Origin: Negaprion brevirostris
Lineage: Eukaryota
Reading direction: 5' to 3'
Assembly (NCBI GenBank): GCA_030324005.1
Contig: JARDVH010000042.1
Coordinates: 91,006,465 to 91,066,106, forward strand
DNA: 59,642 bases
Every line of letters starts with the position of its first letter. Position 1 is the stretch's first letter. Of the stretch, positions 27,154 to 38,800 are shown piece by piece. The notes under the pieces are model-generated. The model worked only from the letters and a program-made list of their open reading frames with translations. It was not told the DNA's origin and did no database searches. A program made the position numbers and the translations under genes.

Positions 27154-30100
27154 TTAAAAAGAAAAGCAGAAGAACATTTCAGGCCATTACTTAAGATCGG
27201 ACACAATCCTGATAAAACAAAATAATCGACAAATAGAATTCACTTAAATGGTTAATGCCAATCAGCTTTGCCTGGTACATGTGGCTGACCCATGTCACAT
27301 CAATGATGAAGCAGCATAATAACTTCTCTAATTATAAATGTAATAAAACATTTTGTTGTCTTGAAAGGGAATGTTCAGATGAACAGAACTGATTAATATT
27401 ATGTGTGGAGTATACATGTTATTGAATATTTAAACATATATGCTTATATGTACGTAAGTGTTTGTGGATACATATGTGTGTGCCTATCGTGTCTGTAAAT
27501 ATAGGTTTATACACACATGAATTTATGCATCCATGTTGCATGACAGAGAAACTGTTTGACCTAATGGTTTCCTTACTAATGAAATTACAAATTAATCATT
27601 TACAAAGTGCCCACTTACAGTATGCAGTAGGTTTCTTCAGGGTGAAAAAAGACTTTATTATTTAACACATTGCCAGACAGCAATCTCATGACTCATGAGT
27701 GTACGGGATGGTCTATGATCTTAACTTTAATACACCATTTTTCCCTCTGAATCTTCACCACAAATGTTCAAGGGCACCAAAATGCAATTTTACTTTGATA
27801 GCTGTTTTTTTGTGCCTTATGAAATTATGGAGGCAGTTAGTCAAAGGGATGAACATTCAGATGCAGCTCATCGTGAAGTGTTTTGCCTGGAGTGCCTTAA
27901 ATAAATTACAGGCAGTACAATAATCTTTATGCTGCAATTTGACTTAGCTTCTACTTTTCATCAGGCATCAATTATTTCCAGTAGCTTTTCCATTGGCAGT
28001 TATTTCTATTTTGTAATCATTCTGGACCTCATATTTTACTTAAAGTGTTTCTTTTAAGATGTCTAATGCATTTATTTATTTTGTTTGTAGCCAACCTTTC
28101 CAGATGTTGTAATCTTTTCTTGCACATCTCTAATGCAACAAGTATCAGAGACCAAAAAGAATTAGAAAAAGGGACACAGAATTCTGTGCTGTCAGGAGAA
28201 ACTAAGCTGCATGTGCAACAAAGGGAAAGGAAAAGAGAAAGAAAGCAGCTCGGACAGAAGTCAGGGGAGATGAAGGAAGAAGATACAATAAAGCCTGAAG
28301 GAAAAGGGAAAGCAGCTTATACTAAGATTGAATGGAGAGGGAGAATGAGGCCACGAAAGAGGGACAAGGCACAAATATGTTCCAGGGAAGAATGTGGGAA
28401 GAAATCAGAATAGCATAAAGTGGCAGGCAGCAAAGTTCTAATAAATGTCTTGTGTCAGTACACCAAAAAAGTAATAGATGGACAGACACAAGAGATGTTC
28501 ATTTTTCTAACATTGAGTTAACTTGGGTGCATTAAAATTATCTCCATAACAATAGTAAATAAACTTCAAAGTAATTTATTGTCTGTGAAGTATTTTGGAA
28601 TATTTTTGAGATATATGATGCTTTATAAATGCAGGGATTCATTTCTATTTTTTTTCTGTAGATTTGTCGAAGACACTGTGCCAATTGACTCTCAGGAGGT
28701 TGCATGCTTGGCCTCAATTTCAGTAAATGTAATGCAGTTTTTGTCTGTCAGTTTATTTTTAAAAAAATTGAGAATATCAAAAATAATATTGCTACAATCC
28801 CTTGTCAATATACATAGGCTAATTCTGACAATTAACCCCTGTAGTATCAGTGTGTTCCTTTCTAAACTCCAACTTAATCTTAAAATGGAAACGTCTACAT
28901 AGACCTTTAACTGTTCAAATTTGTTTTGTATATTTAATTTATTTGCTTAATTAAAATTGTGAAAATGAATCTCCCAATTGCAGGCATTCTTTACAGACTG
29001 TTACATCCGTCAAATGCATGGAGTACTGTGCCTTTGAAAAGACATGGCCAAACGCAAGACTTATTCTTGTACAGCTTCTGTTTTAACTTCTTGGGTCAAA
29101 CAGAAAACGACCTAAATCCTGAAGAGAGGCAGAAGGAGAAGAACTTTATTCTAATTTTTAAAATTCCATAACCGAAATATGCAGTGGATCCATTCACATT
29201 AATTGCTGTTTCAGCTTCAAATCACCGGAGAAATGTATCCCATGTAACTGGTAGAAAGTATGGAAACAAGGCACTTATGAAGGTTCACCCCCAGGTGCCA
29301 CTGGTCGACTGACCATCCAGCCTCAAATGGGCAGATCTCAGTTCGAGAGTTCCTGCAAACACAGCCCTCCATTGTCGAGGTGAATAGGAAAAAGCGAGAC
29401 CGGCTTTCTCTACGATTTAATTTTACACCCTGATATTTTTCATGGCAGTTAAAGTGGGTGAGGGAAGAAGAGGCGGAAACAAAGGGTATAGAGAACACGG
29501 AGACAAAGAATGGAAGAGACATCTTGCTGTTCTGATCCAAGGATCCAAAATTGGGACAGGAGCTGCATTTTAAAAATGTTGTTCTTCTGGAATCAAAAGG
29601 GGATGGAGACTTCGCTAGCAAACTCTAAAAATATTCCATATCTAAGGTCAGGTCACTCTTACTCGCATTGAAAAGCAAGTAAAGGTATTGACTCCCTACT
29701 GATCTTCTCGTTTGCTCTTGGCTCCCTTGACTCATTGCGTAGATGGGCTAAGTGTTTTATTTTCTTGAAAGAGTTTATTAATGAAGTTTTAGAGTTGTCT
29801 TATACTTGTGATCTATATAAATGTAAGATGTTATTATAGATTTTCTCTCCCCGTCACATCTCATCCCTACTTTGCTGTCCCATCCTGAAATTTCAAAGCG
29901 TCAAAGGTAAAAGGACTGAAATCAAATGGAAAATCTGGTGAATAAGAAGGTGAGGAATATTTCCCCGAAGATCGTAAATGGGTGAAAAGAAACAAAGAAA
30001 GAAACGAAAAATGAGAAACAAACACCACCAGTAAATTATGTACAAATTCTTTCTCTGAAGTATTTTCTGCGAGAGCAAAAATTATAATCCTCAGTGCCAA

Positions 30101-30452
30101 TCTTTTTGGCTTCCGCCCCCCCCCCCCCCCATTTTTCTTTCCTGGGTCTTTCCCTCCAGTTTTGTTCCTCTCCCTTTCAGCCCTCACTTTCATCAGATAA
30201 TCACCCGCGCCGGACCCGGTCAGCTCTGATCAGTTTCGTCTCTGATTTAATTTCAAATTTACTCTCTTTGGATTCTGCATGTTGTGGAGATTTGGCGGCG
30301 CTGTGGACAGGGATGTGGCGCCAATGTCACTGGCTGCCCGGAAGATCCTGTTAATCTGGCCCCCTTTTGCCCATTGGTGTGCACTCGACAGTCTCGCAGC
30401 TTTAGGACAAGTTGCCCAAGTCCGAGAAATCGGGAATAGCGGCCAAAAAAGA

Positions 30453-30473
30453 GTCTCTGTCCATGGTGCTGAA
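30453..30473 (-). promoter_or_regulatory. REST/NRSF RE1 silencer element in intron 2
   Basis: The minus strand reads TTCAGCACCATGGACAGAGAC against the consensus TTCAGCACCnnGGACAGnGCC. Both half-sites are present with the canonical 2-nt spacer. Confidence 0.75.
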
Positions 30474-31379
30474 TGAGGTGAGGTAGCTAGAGAGGCAGAG
30501 TGGCGCAGATAGAAAAACTCAAAGAGACGCAGACCTAGAAAAAGAGAGCGAGAGGAATAAAAGAGAGAGATCGCCAAATCAAGAGGGAGAGACAGAAACA
30601 GAAATGGAGAGTGAAACACACAAATTGAGCGAAAAGAAGACAGAGAAGGAGACAAAGAAAGGCAGACAGGGAGATAGACAGGGAGGGGAGAGGTAAAGGT
30701 AAAAATGAATCAATGAAAACTGCCATTTACGCCTTCCCATATCAGCACTGGAGATTAAACATGGGGGCAATGGGTGGGAAATACATTGTTTGATATCGTT
30801 TAGTACGAAATACAAAACGTAGAGTTACCTATATCATTGTACCTAAAAGTGCATGGCAGTTACTTTGGTGCCCAGAAAACCTGTGTATTTTCCCTGGGTT
30901 TTTGTCAATTCCTGACGGTGGAAGCAGCTGTGAACCTCCACAAGGGGCTAAATCTCCAGACGAGGCTGCTTGAAGAGACAACCCACCAAACAGAGACACC
31001 TTCAGGATGCTCTTATTACTGACTATGCTGTGCGATTTGCTTCTCAAAACCAAACCAGGTGTCTTTTGCAAACATGGGCCTTGGCTTGCCGACCCGTACA
31101 AGGAGGAGCTGGGTCTGTCCTGTAGGACCGCGCAGGACATCGATCCAGTCACTTCCGGCAAAAAAAACCTTTTCCTTCCAAACACACTTTTCAAACCGGG
31201 ATGAGAAAAGTTGATTCAATGTTTGCTCGCCATATTTTGCTCATTCTCTCACTCCGACTCTTCTCTTGTCTCTCTGCCTCTTATCTCATTCTTTTTTTCC
31301 GAGTCGCGTTCTGTCTCCCCCTTTCTCTCTTACTTCAAGATCAGGCTAATTCCCTGTGAAGCAGTGTTACAAGGATGAT

Positions 31380-31590
31380 AGTAAAACAGAAAATGCTGGG
31401 AAAACTCAGCAGCTCTGGCAGCATCTTTGGAGAGAGGAACAGAGTTTAATCTTTCAGGATCTGTGACCTTTCACCATAGCCTGATCTCGCTATAGTATCT
31501 GTTTTCGCAAATGCTGCAAGCCTTGCTGAAAATTTCCAGAACTTTCCTGTTTTTATTTCAGATTTCCAGCATCAGTAGCATTTTATTTTT
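31380..31590. mobile_element. Penelope-associated shark repeat with inverted halves
   Basis: acagaaaatgctgggaaaactcagcagctctggcagcatct followed by its degenerate reverse complement. Same family as 43480-44025. Confidence 0.55.
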
Positions 31591-34500
31591 TTGTGCGAGT
31601 TTCTGCATTACTGGTTGCAATAGGTCGATAGTGGGTGGGTGGGAGGCTAGTGGGGCTTATCTTAAACCGAAAGCCCTGCTGTGTAATGGGAGGAGGTGGG
31701 GAAAGATACCCTTTGAAACTCCCAAGCCCCGCTGGCAGAGTCCAACATGAAACAAATTAGTTCTGAATGAGTGACCTATAGATGGTAAGCAAGATAATTC
31801 AGAATAAATTTATCTTTAAGGAGCCCTCTCCTGGAAACGTCAGCAATATAAATAAAAAAAGGAAAGACGTTAGAGACTGAAAGACATGGCGAGGCGAGCG
31901 CCAAAACCGCTGGATGAATCCAAACAAAGTGAAAACTTCCTGAGGCCAGGCTTTCAACAGCGAGAGCGTTTGAAACGAGTTTGTGTTACTAAACCGGTTA
32001 CCTACAGTGCCCTTCGCATGGGATAATGCACCTACACTGGAAACAGATCAATAGATCACCAAAGATTTCAGATCAAAGAACAATTACAATGGTTTAATTC
32101 CAACTGATGTATCCCACCTAAACAGACACCAACAGCAACAGCACTTACATGTAAAACTGCTCTTGTTTCTGTAAGGTACCACTGGAGTGCCTCTTCCCAT
32201 CGGTTTTAAGTGGAGTGGAACTGAATGCAGTGGCATCATGAATCTCCCTATTAATTAAGTCTTGCGGGGAATAAATGCGAGTGTTGCGGGAGGTGGAGAG
32301 GGGGGAACTGGCGGAAACCGTGGACTGGCTACTGGATGTGTGAGAGAGGTCGGTCAGTGGGGAGCTGAATGTTAATCCCTGCTTCACTGCGCTCCGACTG
32401 CCTTCCCTCCTTCACACTCTTTTCCCTTTACATTTCCTCTCTTTAACCACCACCCAACACCGCCCCCCACCCCCCGCCCCCCAGCCCACCCCACCACCCT
32501 GAATGTGCGACTGGGCGCGGACACGGAACCGAACCCGAACCCAACATTGTTGCTCACAGTCCGGTTGGAAAAAGTTAGTGGCGGCGACGGGCCGGAAAAA
32601 TAAGTGAATTGGCCAAGGTTTTGTCCAAACGGATTATTTTTGCTTGCAGATGAACCGTGAAATTTGGCTATGAATGATGTCAGGTTTTTATTACCACGGA
32701 AGGCAATCGGTGACTCTTAGTTAATTATTAAATTAATTAGCAAATGACAGCCTTTCTAAAGTCGTGTCAGATTCATTGAAATTAATAACTTAAATGAAGC
32801 CGATAGGAAAGGCAAGGGAAGTCAGAGCTATTGCGATGTTGTAATGATTTGTCAGTGTAATTGGAGTTCATTCTAGCGTATGTGTGGTTAAAGGCTTTCC
32901 GGCACCATACCTACAAACCAGCACTGCTCTGCCCTGACTTTGTAATCTTGTTTGGGAGCTGTTTCCTTATTCGTTTGTCCAACTTTCAAGTTGGCACGGG
33001 ATTCAACTGAAGCATCTGCAATCTAGCTAGCGACTGACCTGTTGTAAATGATACAAGAAAGAAAACATACAAAAGAAAAAGGCTGTTCGGCACAATGGAC
33101 ACTGCAACCTGGTCTGATGGCGCAGAAGCTGTCGCATTCGCCAACTGTAATCAACTGGCCTGGGTCTGAGCAGCAATCAGAGTTTGGACCCACCGCCATT
33201 CATCAACTCTCACCACTTCCAATAACGACTGGCACAGATTTCGCCAATATTTCGTTTACTTTGTTACAAATTTGGCCATTCTATCACCAGAAAAATTGCG
33301 TTTTTAACCCCCAAAGCCCTCGATTGTCGGATCTCCAGCATTTCCCATTAATGTTAAAACTAAATGTTTCTCCGTCATGGGACTGAGATGGCTCATCCCG
33401 GCTTGTGTTTATTTTTGGGACGGGGTGGGGTGGACCGGGGGTGGGGGGGGGGGGGGACTTCCTTTCCGGTGCTGTTTNNNNNNNNNNNNNNNNNNNNNNN
33501 NNNNNNNNNNNNNNGGTTTTCTGATTCTCGTGGAGCAGACGCGTTAGGTCTGGTGAAGTAAATCCAAAGGAAGCTCGGGACACCTCATTATTTAGTACAT
33601 AGGCCTTATCTGCAGAATAGGTATATGGAGAATCCTCTAAAATAACGTCGATGCACAAGAGAAATAAAAATTCACTTAACCAAATAAAATGTTTTTTTGG
33701 ATCTTCAGTGGACCGACGGCTGGCCAAGTATCAATAAAGTTCATTCTCTGCATGTGTTTTGATAAATATATCTGACGCGAATAATGGTACCCCTGTACCC
33801 CAGCCCCAATCTTCATGCACATGTAATTGCTATAATAAATCTTGCTGCTATAATCTAATAGAAGGGTTTAATCTATCCAAATTTCACCGTCTCACGCAAC
33901 TCCTGCAGCTAAACTCCACCTCCCATCCCAGGAGGAGGAACTATAAATTCTGCCAGTTTGATTTCCCAACATTAATAGTCAGGCAATTTAATTTCCGAAA
34001 CACCTTAATGTAGACGATTTTCGGTCACAAAATGCGACATCACAAAAATATATGAAATATGGATATAAATATGTCTAATCAAACCGAGTGCCAAGGGTGT
34101 AAGGGAAATAAAAGCACCTTGATTAGCTAGATTCCTTTTAGTTGTGAACTTTTGCAAGTTTCCTTTATACCTGTGTAAATATACAGCGTTTAGCTTGCTG
34201 ATGTTCACGTGGAGTTGGGTACGGCCTGTAGCAGTCGTGTATGTACAGATGTTCACGTTTCGTAATAGTTTACTTTGAGAAGGCATTGAGCCCAGTTAAA
34301 AATGCCTATGCGTTTTGTAATGTTACATGTTCGTGTGCCCTTGTGCGCCACGGTTCTAAATGCTCAGACACCGGTATTCTGTACCCTCGTCCGTGTGAGC
34401 AGACTGTGAGGATGTCGGTCTGTGTAAAGGCAAAACAACGGTCAAGGCTGACGTTAAGGATAAGAATGTCCCAAGTGCCCAGGCTGCCTCGCTCTGCCCC

Positions 34501-35203
34501 CAAATAGAACACTGTCAGTGTTTTAAAAAACTGAGGATGACACTGAAACAGCAGCCGTGCCTACAGTCACTGCCTTTCTGGCTGTTTATCTGTATACCCA
34601 CCAGGTGTTTACTGGCTATACCGGGAGGGTTCACATACATTAAAGGATTATTTTGCTTTCTTATAACCTAAGGATGTTTTCTGTATTATGCGTGGCTTTT
34701 ATTAGCTGGGGTTGTGGTGAATCGTTTTCTGCTATTCTCTGATATCTGATTCTCTTAATTTAAGGATTACCCTGTTGTCATATCCTTTCTGATGGATTAC
34801 CTGCAGGAAAGGCTTTGTCTGGGATATGTCGCTCTTGGATTATTTCTGCTCCTCATATCTGTAATGTTAGGTTTGAATTACTTCCGATTCTCTTGCCTCT
34901 AACACTATTTCCCATTATTACGCTCTTGCTCTAGAATATGGTTTCTATTATCACTATTCCGCTGAAGCACACGGCCCCGCCATCGAAGTTGCTGATTACA
35001 ATGTAATTTCTGATTTATTTCGACTTTTTGATACCTGCTTGGGATTTGGTTTTGCACATCAGTTTCCAATTTTTACTTTCCATTATTCTATTAATGCCTT
35101 TCATTCGAGGTTGACGATTAACTAAAAAATGATCTGGAAAGTGTCAGTTTGGACTCGGGTTGGTTCCACATAGTTATCCTGTGTGATGTTTCTCGCTTCT
35201 TAC

Positions 35204-35369
35204 CTGCCCAGAATCTTGCTGACGCAGCCGTGGCTCACCCTGAGCTGCCTGGAAATGTCACAGGGTCGCACCCCTTGGTGGGCCAGCTCCACGATCCGCT
35301 GTCGGACAACATCGGGGAGGGGGCGACCATTCACAAAGACCCCTCCGAGCTGATTCACCCCGCCATGCC
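35204..35369 (-). CDS. PAX5: Pax5 exon 2, N-terminal part of the paired domain
   Basis: Encodes [54 protein letters not shown](R). The acceptor is a pyrimidine tract ending tacag and the donor is gtaag. 166 nt, phase 1 to 2. Confidence 0.97.
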
Positions 35370-37349
35370 CTGTATACAACATACAAAACAGAGAGAGAGA
35401 GAAAAGAAACACTGCAGCTAGCCAGTAGAATTCCAATACTAAGTCTGTATCTCCGAGCTAGGATTTATTGACAACACACAGGGGCCAGCAGAAACATGGG
35501 GAAGTGGAGGACAGACACCCCCCTCCTTCCTCCTCCCCCCCCCCCCCTCCTTGCAATAAGTGGCTGTCCACAGGCATGGGAAGACGGGGGTGGGGGGGCA
35601 AGGGGGTGGGAATATGCTGCAGCACATTGGACAATGAAGAGACAACCAGGAGAATGAGGGGCAATGTGTTAAAGAGGGAAACACTTTTTCTAACATGGGC
35701 TCCCGTATTAGCATGTAGAGGAACACAGGAGCACAGCAGCTTCTCTTTTCAGGCGATCACAGCCACACGCTCTCCGCCAGCAACTGGACCTCCGGCTAGG
35801 AACAAGGATATCTATCTATATATATACACTTCAGTGTATAATAACATTGATATAAAATGGACCAACACTAGCTTCGGTTAGCAGCTTTTTAAAAAATGAA
35901 TGTTTATTGTTCTGCGGTACAGACACACATATGAGTCATTCACTGAAAGCGAAAGTGATTCACTGAATTCGGAACAGAAAATTGGCCCCTTTCGGTGAAA
36001 CTTTAGCTTCCTGTGTTTTAAAAAAAGTGGCCGCTCGGAGATTTGAGGACAGTTTTTAGTTGCACTCAACCTCTGGGACTACGACGTGTTTCTTTTGAGT
36101 AATAGGCTGCAGAATTGCAAACAGCTCCATTCTCACACCGAATGGAACAGGATTTTGAGATGTTTCCCAGACTTTACGATACAGCTCGCGGTTCATCTGA
36201 CGAAAATCACAAGAGTATCTTTTTTTTGTCCTAATGCGTTGGTCAACCTCTACAAAGTCTTTCAAGAACAGCAATGGGAAAGCGAATGCAAAATCCTAAT
36301 TCAAAACGATAGTCAGACGCTTTTTCCCAACATCATTTAAATTCGGAATCAAAGGAATCTATCTGCAGATCCATTTTCAAAAATAAAGTAAAGCCCCTCA
36401 GCATGACAAGTGTTTAATGAATGCAGGTCGGTTACTAAATGCTAATACTGCAAAACCTGGGAGTGTTTGAGATAAATCGACCTGTTTAAATCTCCGTTTT
36501 TTGTTTATTAGACTACTCTCAGCCAGAGGGAAAGAAAGTTAAAACGGGAATGGATTAACACCTGCACAGAGGGGTAATCGGCGCCGCGAGGTACTTGGTC
36601 TCCTTCGATGCTACTTTTATTGGTTTTGGCGTGAAATTGACGTTTTGTAAGTGAGTCAAAAATGATGCATTACTTCCTTTTTTTTGCAGTGAATTGATAT
36701 CAGTAATTGGTATCTCATTTCAGTCTATGGAGCAGAAAATTGATAACTGAAAGGGTATTTGCCCTCCCCCCATACATGTCGTTAGATTTCATNNNNNNNN
36801 NNTAGCTTTCATCCTGGATCCGTTTAAATTCTTTTTCATTTCCAAGTATGATTTTGAGATTTTGGTACACTTAATTTTTAAAAAAGCCGCGATTGTTTAA
36901 TGCGACTGAGCACTGATAAGTATAGGTACAATTCAAAGCGGGAATGGGTAAATACGGAGTGGAATTATAAAAATGCACGACTTCGATAACAAGAACAGCT
37001 TTCTTTTTAAAAATCGATGATGTTTGTTTCGATCTGGAAGTTTGTACGAGCGCCTTCACTCCACATCACTATGTGGTAACAATCTTTAATCGATACATGT
37101 TTTTGAAGGAGGAAGAGAGACTCCAGCCTGATTTATACTCAGTAAACCTGTTCAACGAGGTGCGATTCTTAAAGTGTGTTTAGTCCCCACTACAATATGA
37201 TTAGTTCGAGTTGATAAAGCATCTGTTTACAAGCTGTAGGTATAATAACTCTTAACACACCGTGATAGGATGTGTCATTTCATATAACACCGACCAAATG
37301 GACAAGCCCCAGCCAACGCTGTCAAGCAAAACTCACGTGCTGGAGATTT

Positions 37350-37795
37350 NNNNNNNNNNNNNNNNNNNNNNNNNNNNNNNNNNNNNNNNNNNNNNNNNNN
37401 NNNNNNNNNNNNNNNNNNNNNNNNNNNNNNNNNNNNNNNNNNNNNNNNNNNNNNNNNNNNNNNNNNNNNNNNNNNNNNNNNNNNNNNNNNNNNNNNNNNN
37501 NNNNNNNNNNNNNNNNNNNNNNNNNNNNNNNNNNNNNNNNNNNNNNNNNNNNNNNNNNNNNNNNNNNNNNNNNNNNNNNNNNNNNNNNNNNNNNNNNNNN
37601 NNNNNNNNNNNNNNNNNNNNNNNNNNNNNNNNNNNNNNNNNNNNNNNNNNNNNNNNNNNNNNNNNNNNNNNNNNNNNNNNNNNNNNNNNNNNNNNNNNNN
37701 NNNNNNNNNNNNNNNNNNNNNNNNNNNNNNNNNNNNNNNNNNNNNNNNNNNNNNNNNNNNNNNNNNNNNNNNNNNNNNNNNNNNNNNNNNNNNNN
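37350..37795. other. Largest assembly gap (446 N), just downstream of exon 1B and next to a G-run tract
   Basis: Run of N flanked by G-rich sequence at 37800-37857. Confidence 0.95.
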
Positions 37796-37960
37796 GTCCG
37801 GGGGGTTGGGGGGGGGGTTGTGGGGGTGGGGAGGGGGGAAGAGAGAGGGAGGGGGGAAGACCCCTGGTCAGCTTCTGGATCCGGGTGCCCCAAGCACTCC
37901 TTACACGCTATCACTCACTAGGAACCGCCAGACAAGCCAGGGAAGGAGCTGCCTACTTAC

Positions 37961-38003
37961 TATGCATTGCTGCAAACGGGTCGTGCTTACAGTGGATTTC
38001 CAT
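37961..38003 (-). CDS. PAX5: Pax5 exon 1B coding part (MEIHCKHDPFAAMH + A, phase 1)
   Basis: The minus strand reads ATG GAA ATC CAC TGT AAG CAC GAC CCG TTT GCA GCA ATG CAT A|gtaagt, 43 nt. A|GG = Arg joins exon 2. MEIHCKHDPF is the Pax5 exon 1B N-terminus; Pax2 has MDMHCKADPF. Confidence 0.95.
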
Positions 38004-38539
38004 GAAAAGGCGCAGCCGGTCTTCAACTCGGAGAAAACCTCGATTTCCTGGTCTGGATTTAACCCCTTCACCTATACTCCCAAAAAAAACAAGAGAGGGG
38101 TGAGCAGCACCCCACGCAAACCCAGAAGAAGATCTCGATGCCAGCCACTAATTGCAGCTCCTATGTCTTTGTGATCCACAAGGTTTCGGACGGATTGCAC
38201 AAGGAACGTAAAAGTTAAGTTTGACAAATGCAATGCATTGCCCCCCAAAAAAGATCCAATTGCTACCTAGTGACAGCAGGGGATTTTAACTTCGAAATCG
38301 TTCGAAACCAGAAAAAATCCTTTTATGAATTCCAGCTTCTTTTTTTGGCGTTTTCCTATGCAATTTGTCCGCTGTGTGTGTGTGAAGGCGGGTTCCCGTT
38401 TCCCCGGAGTGCGCTGGCCCCCTGCTCTGTATTCAGTCGCGCTCACTCTCCTCCATAGTGTTTAAATGTGGCTGAGCCCGCGGTGATTCGGCGCTGATTC
38501 GCCCGAGGCTCAGCCCTGCTGGGACGGCGCTCGGCCCCA

Positions 38540-38800
38540 GTCTCTGTCAATCACAGCACCGTCAGCCAATCGAGGAACAGTCTTCCTTCCTGCCGACCAA
38601 TCGCACAGAGCAGCCCAGCCTTTTGACCAATCTCCGAGCGAGCTGCTGACTTATTCACCAATGACACTCCTGTCTGAGAGAAATGGCCAATCGCAAGGTC
38701 TGCATTCACCAAAACATTCACCAATAAGCTGCAGCTTTTATAGAGAGCAGAGGTGGTCTCGCTGCTAATTGGCTATTTAATACAGCACCCTGATTGGCTC
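38540..38800. promoter_or_regulatory. Exon 1B promoter region: phased CCAAT-box array plus TATA-like element
   Basis: CCAAT on + at 38566, 38597, 38627, 38658, 38687 and 38721. ATTGG at 38768 and 38793. TATAAAA on - at 38742-38736. A CpG-rich stretch lies adjacent at about 38380-38560. Confidence 0.7.

Noticed and set aside
35370-35436. Hydrophobic N-terminal extension ([17 protein letters not shown]) on the exon 2 ORF
   Set aside because: It has a TTG start and is simply the translated polypyrimidine tract of the intron acceptor, not a signal peptide.
37262-38174. Long ORFs of 219, 300 and 193 aa
   Set aside because: They are open only because they cross a 446-N gap.
38566-38725. CRISPR-like repeat-spacer periodicity
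   Set aside because: The repeated unit is only a 5-8 bp CCAAT motif in a vertebrate promoter, with no cas genes or long identical repeats.
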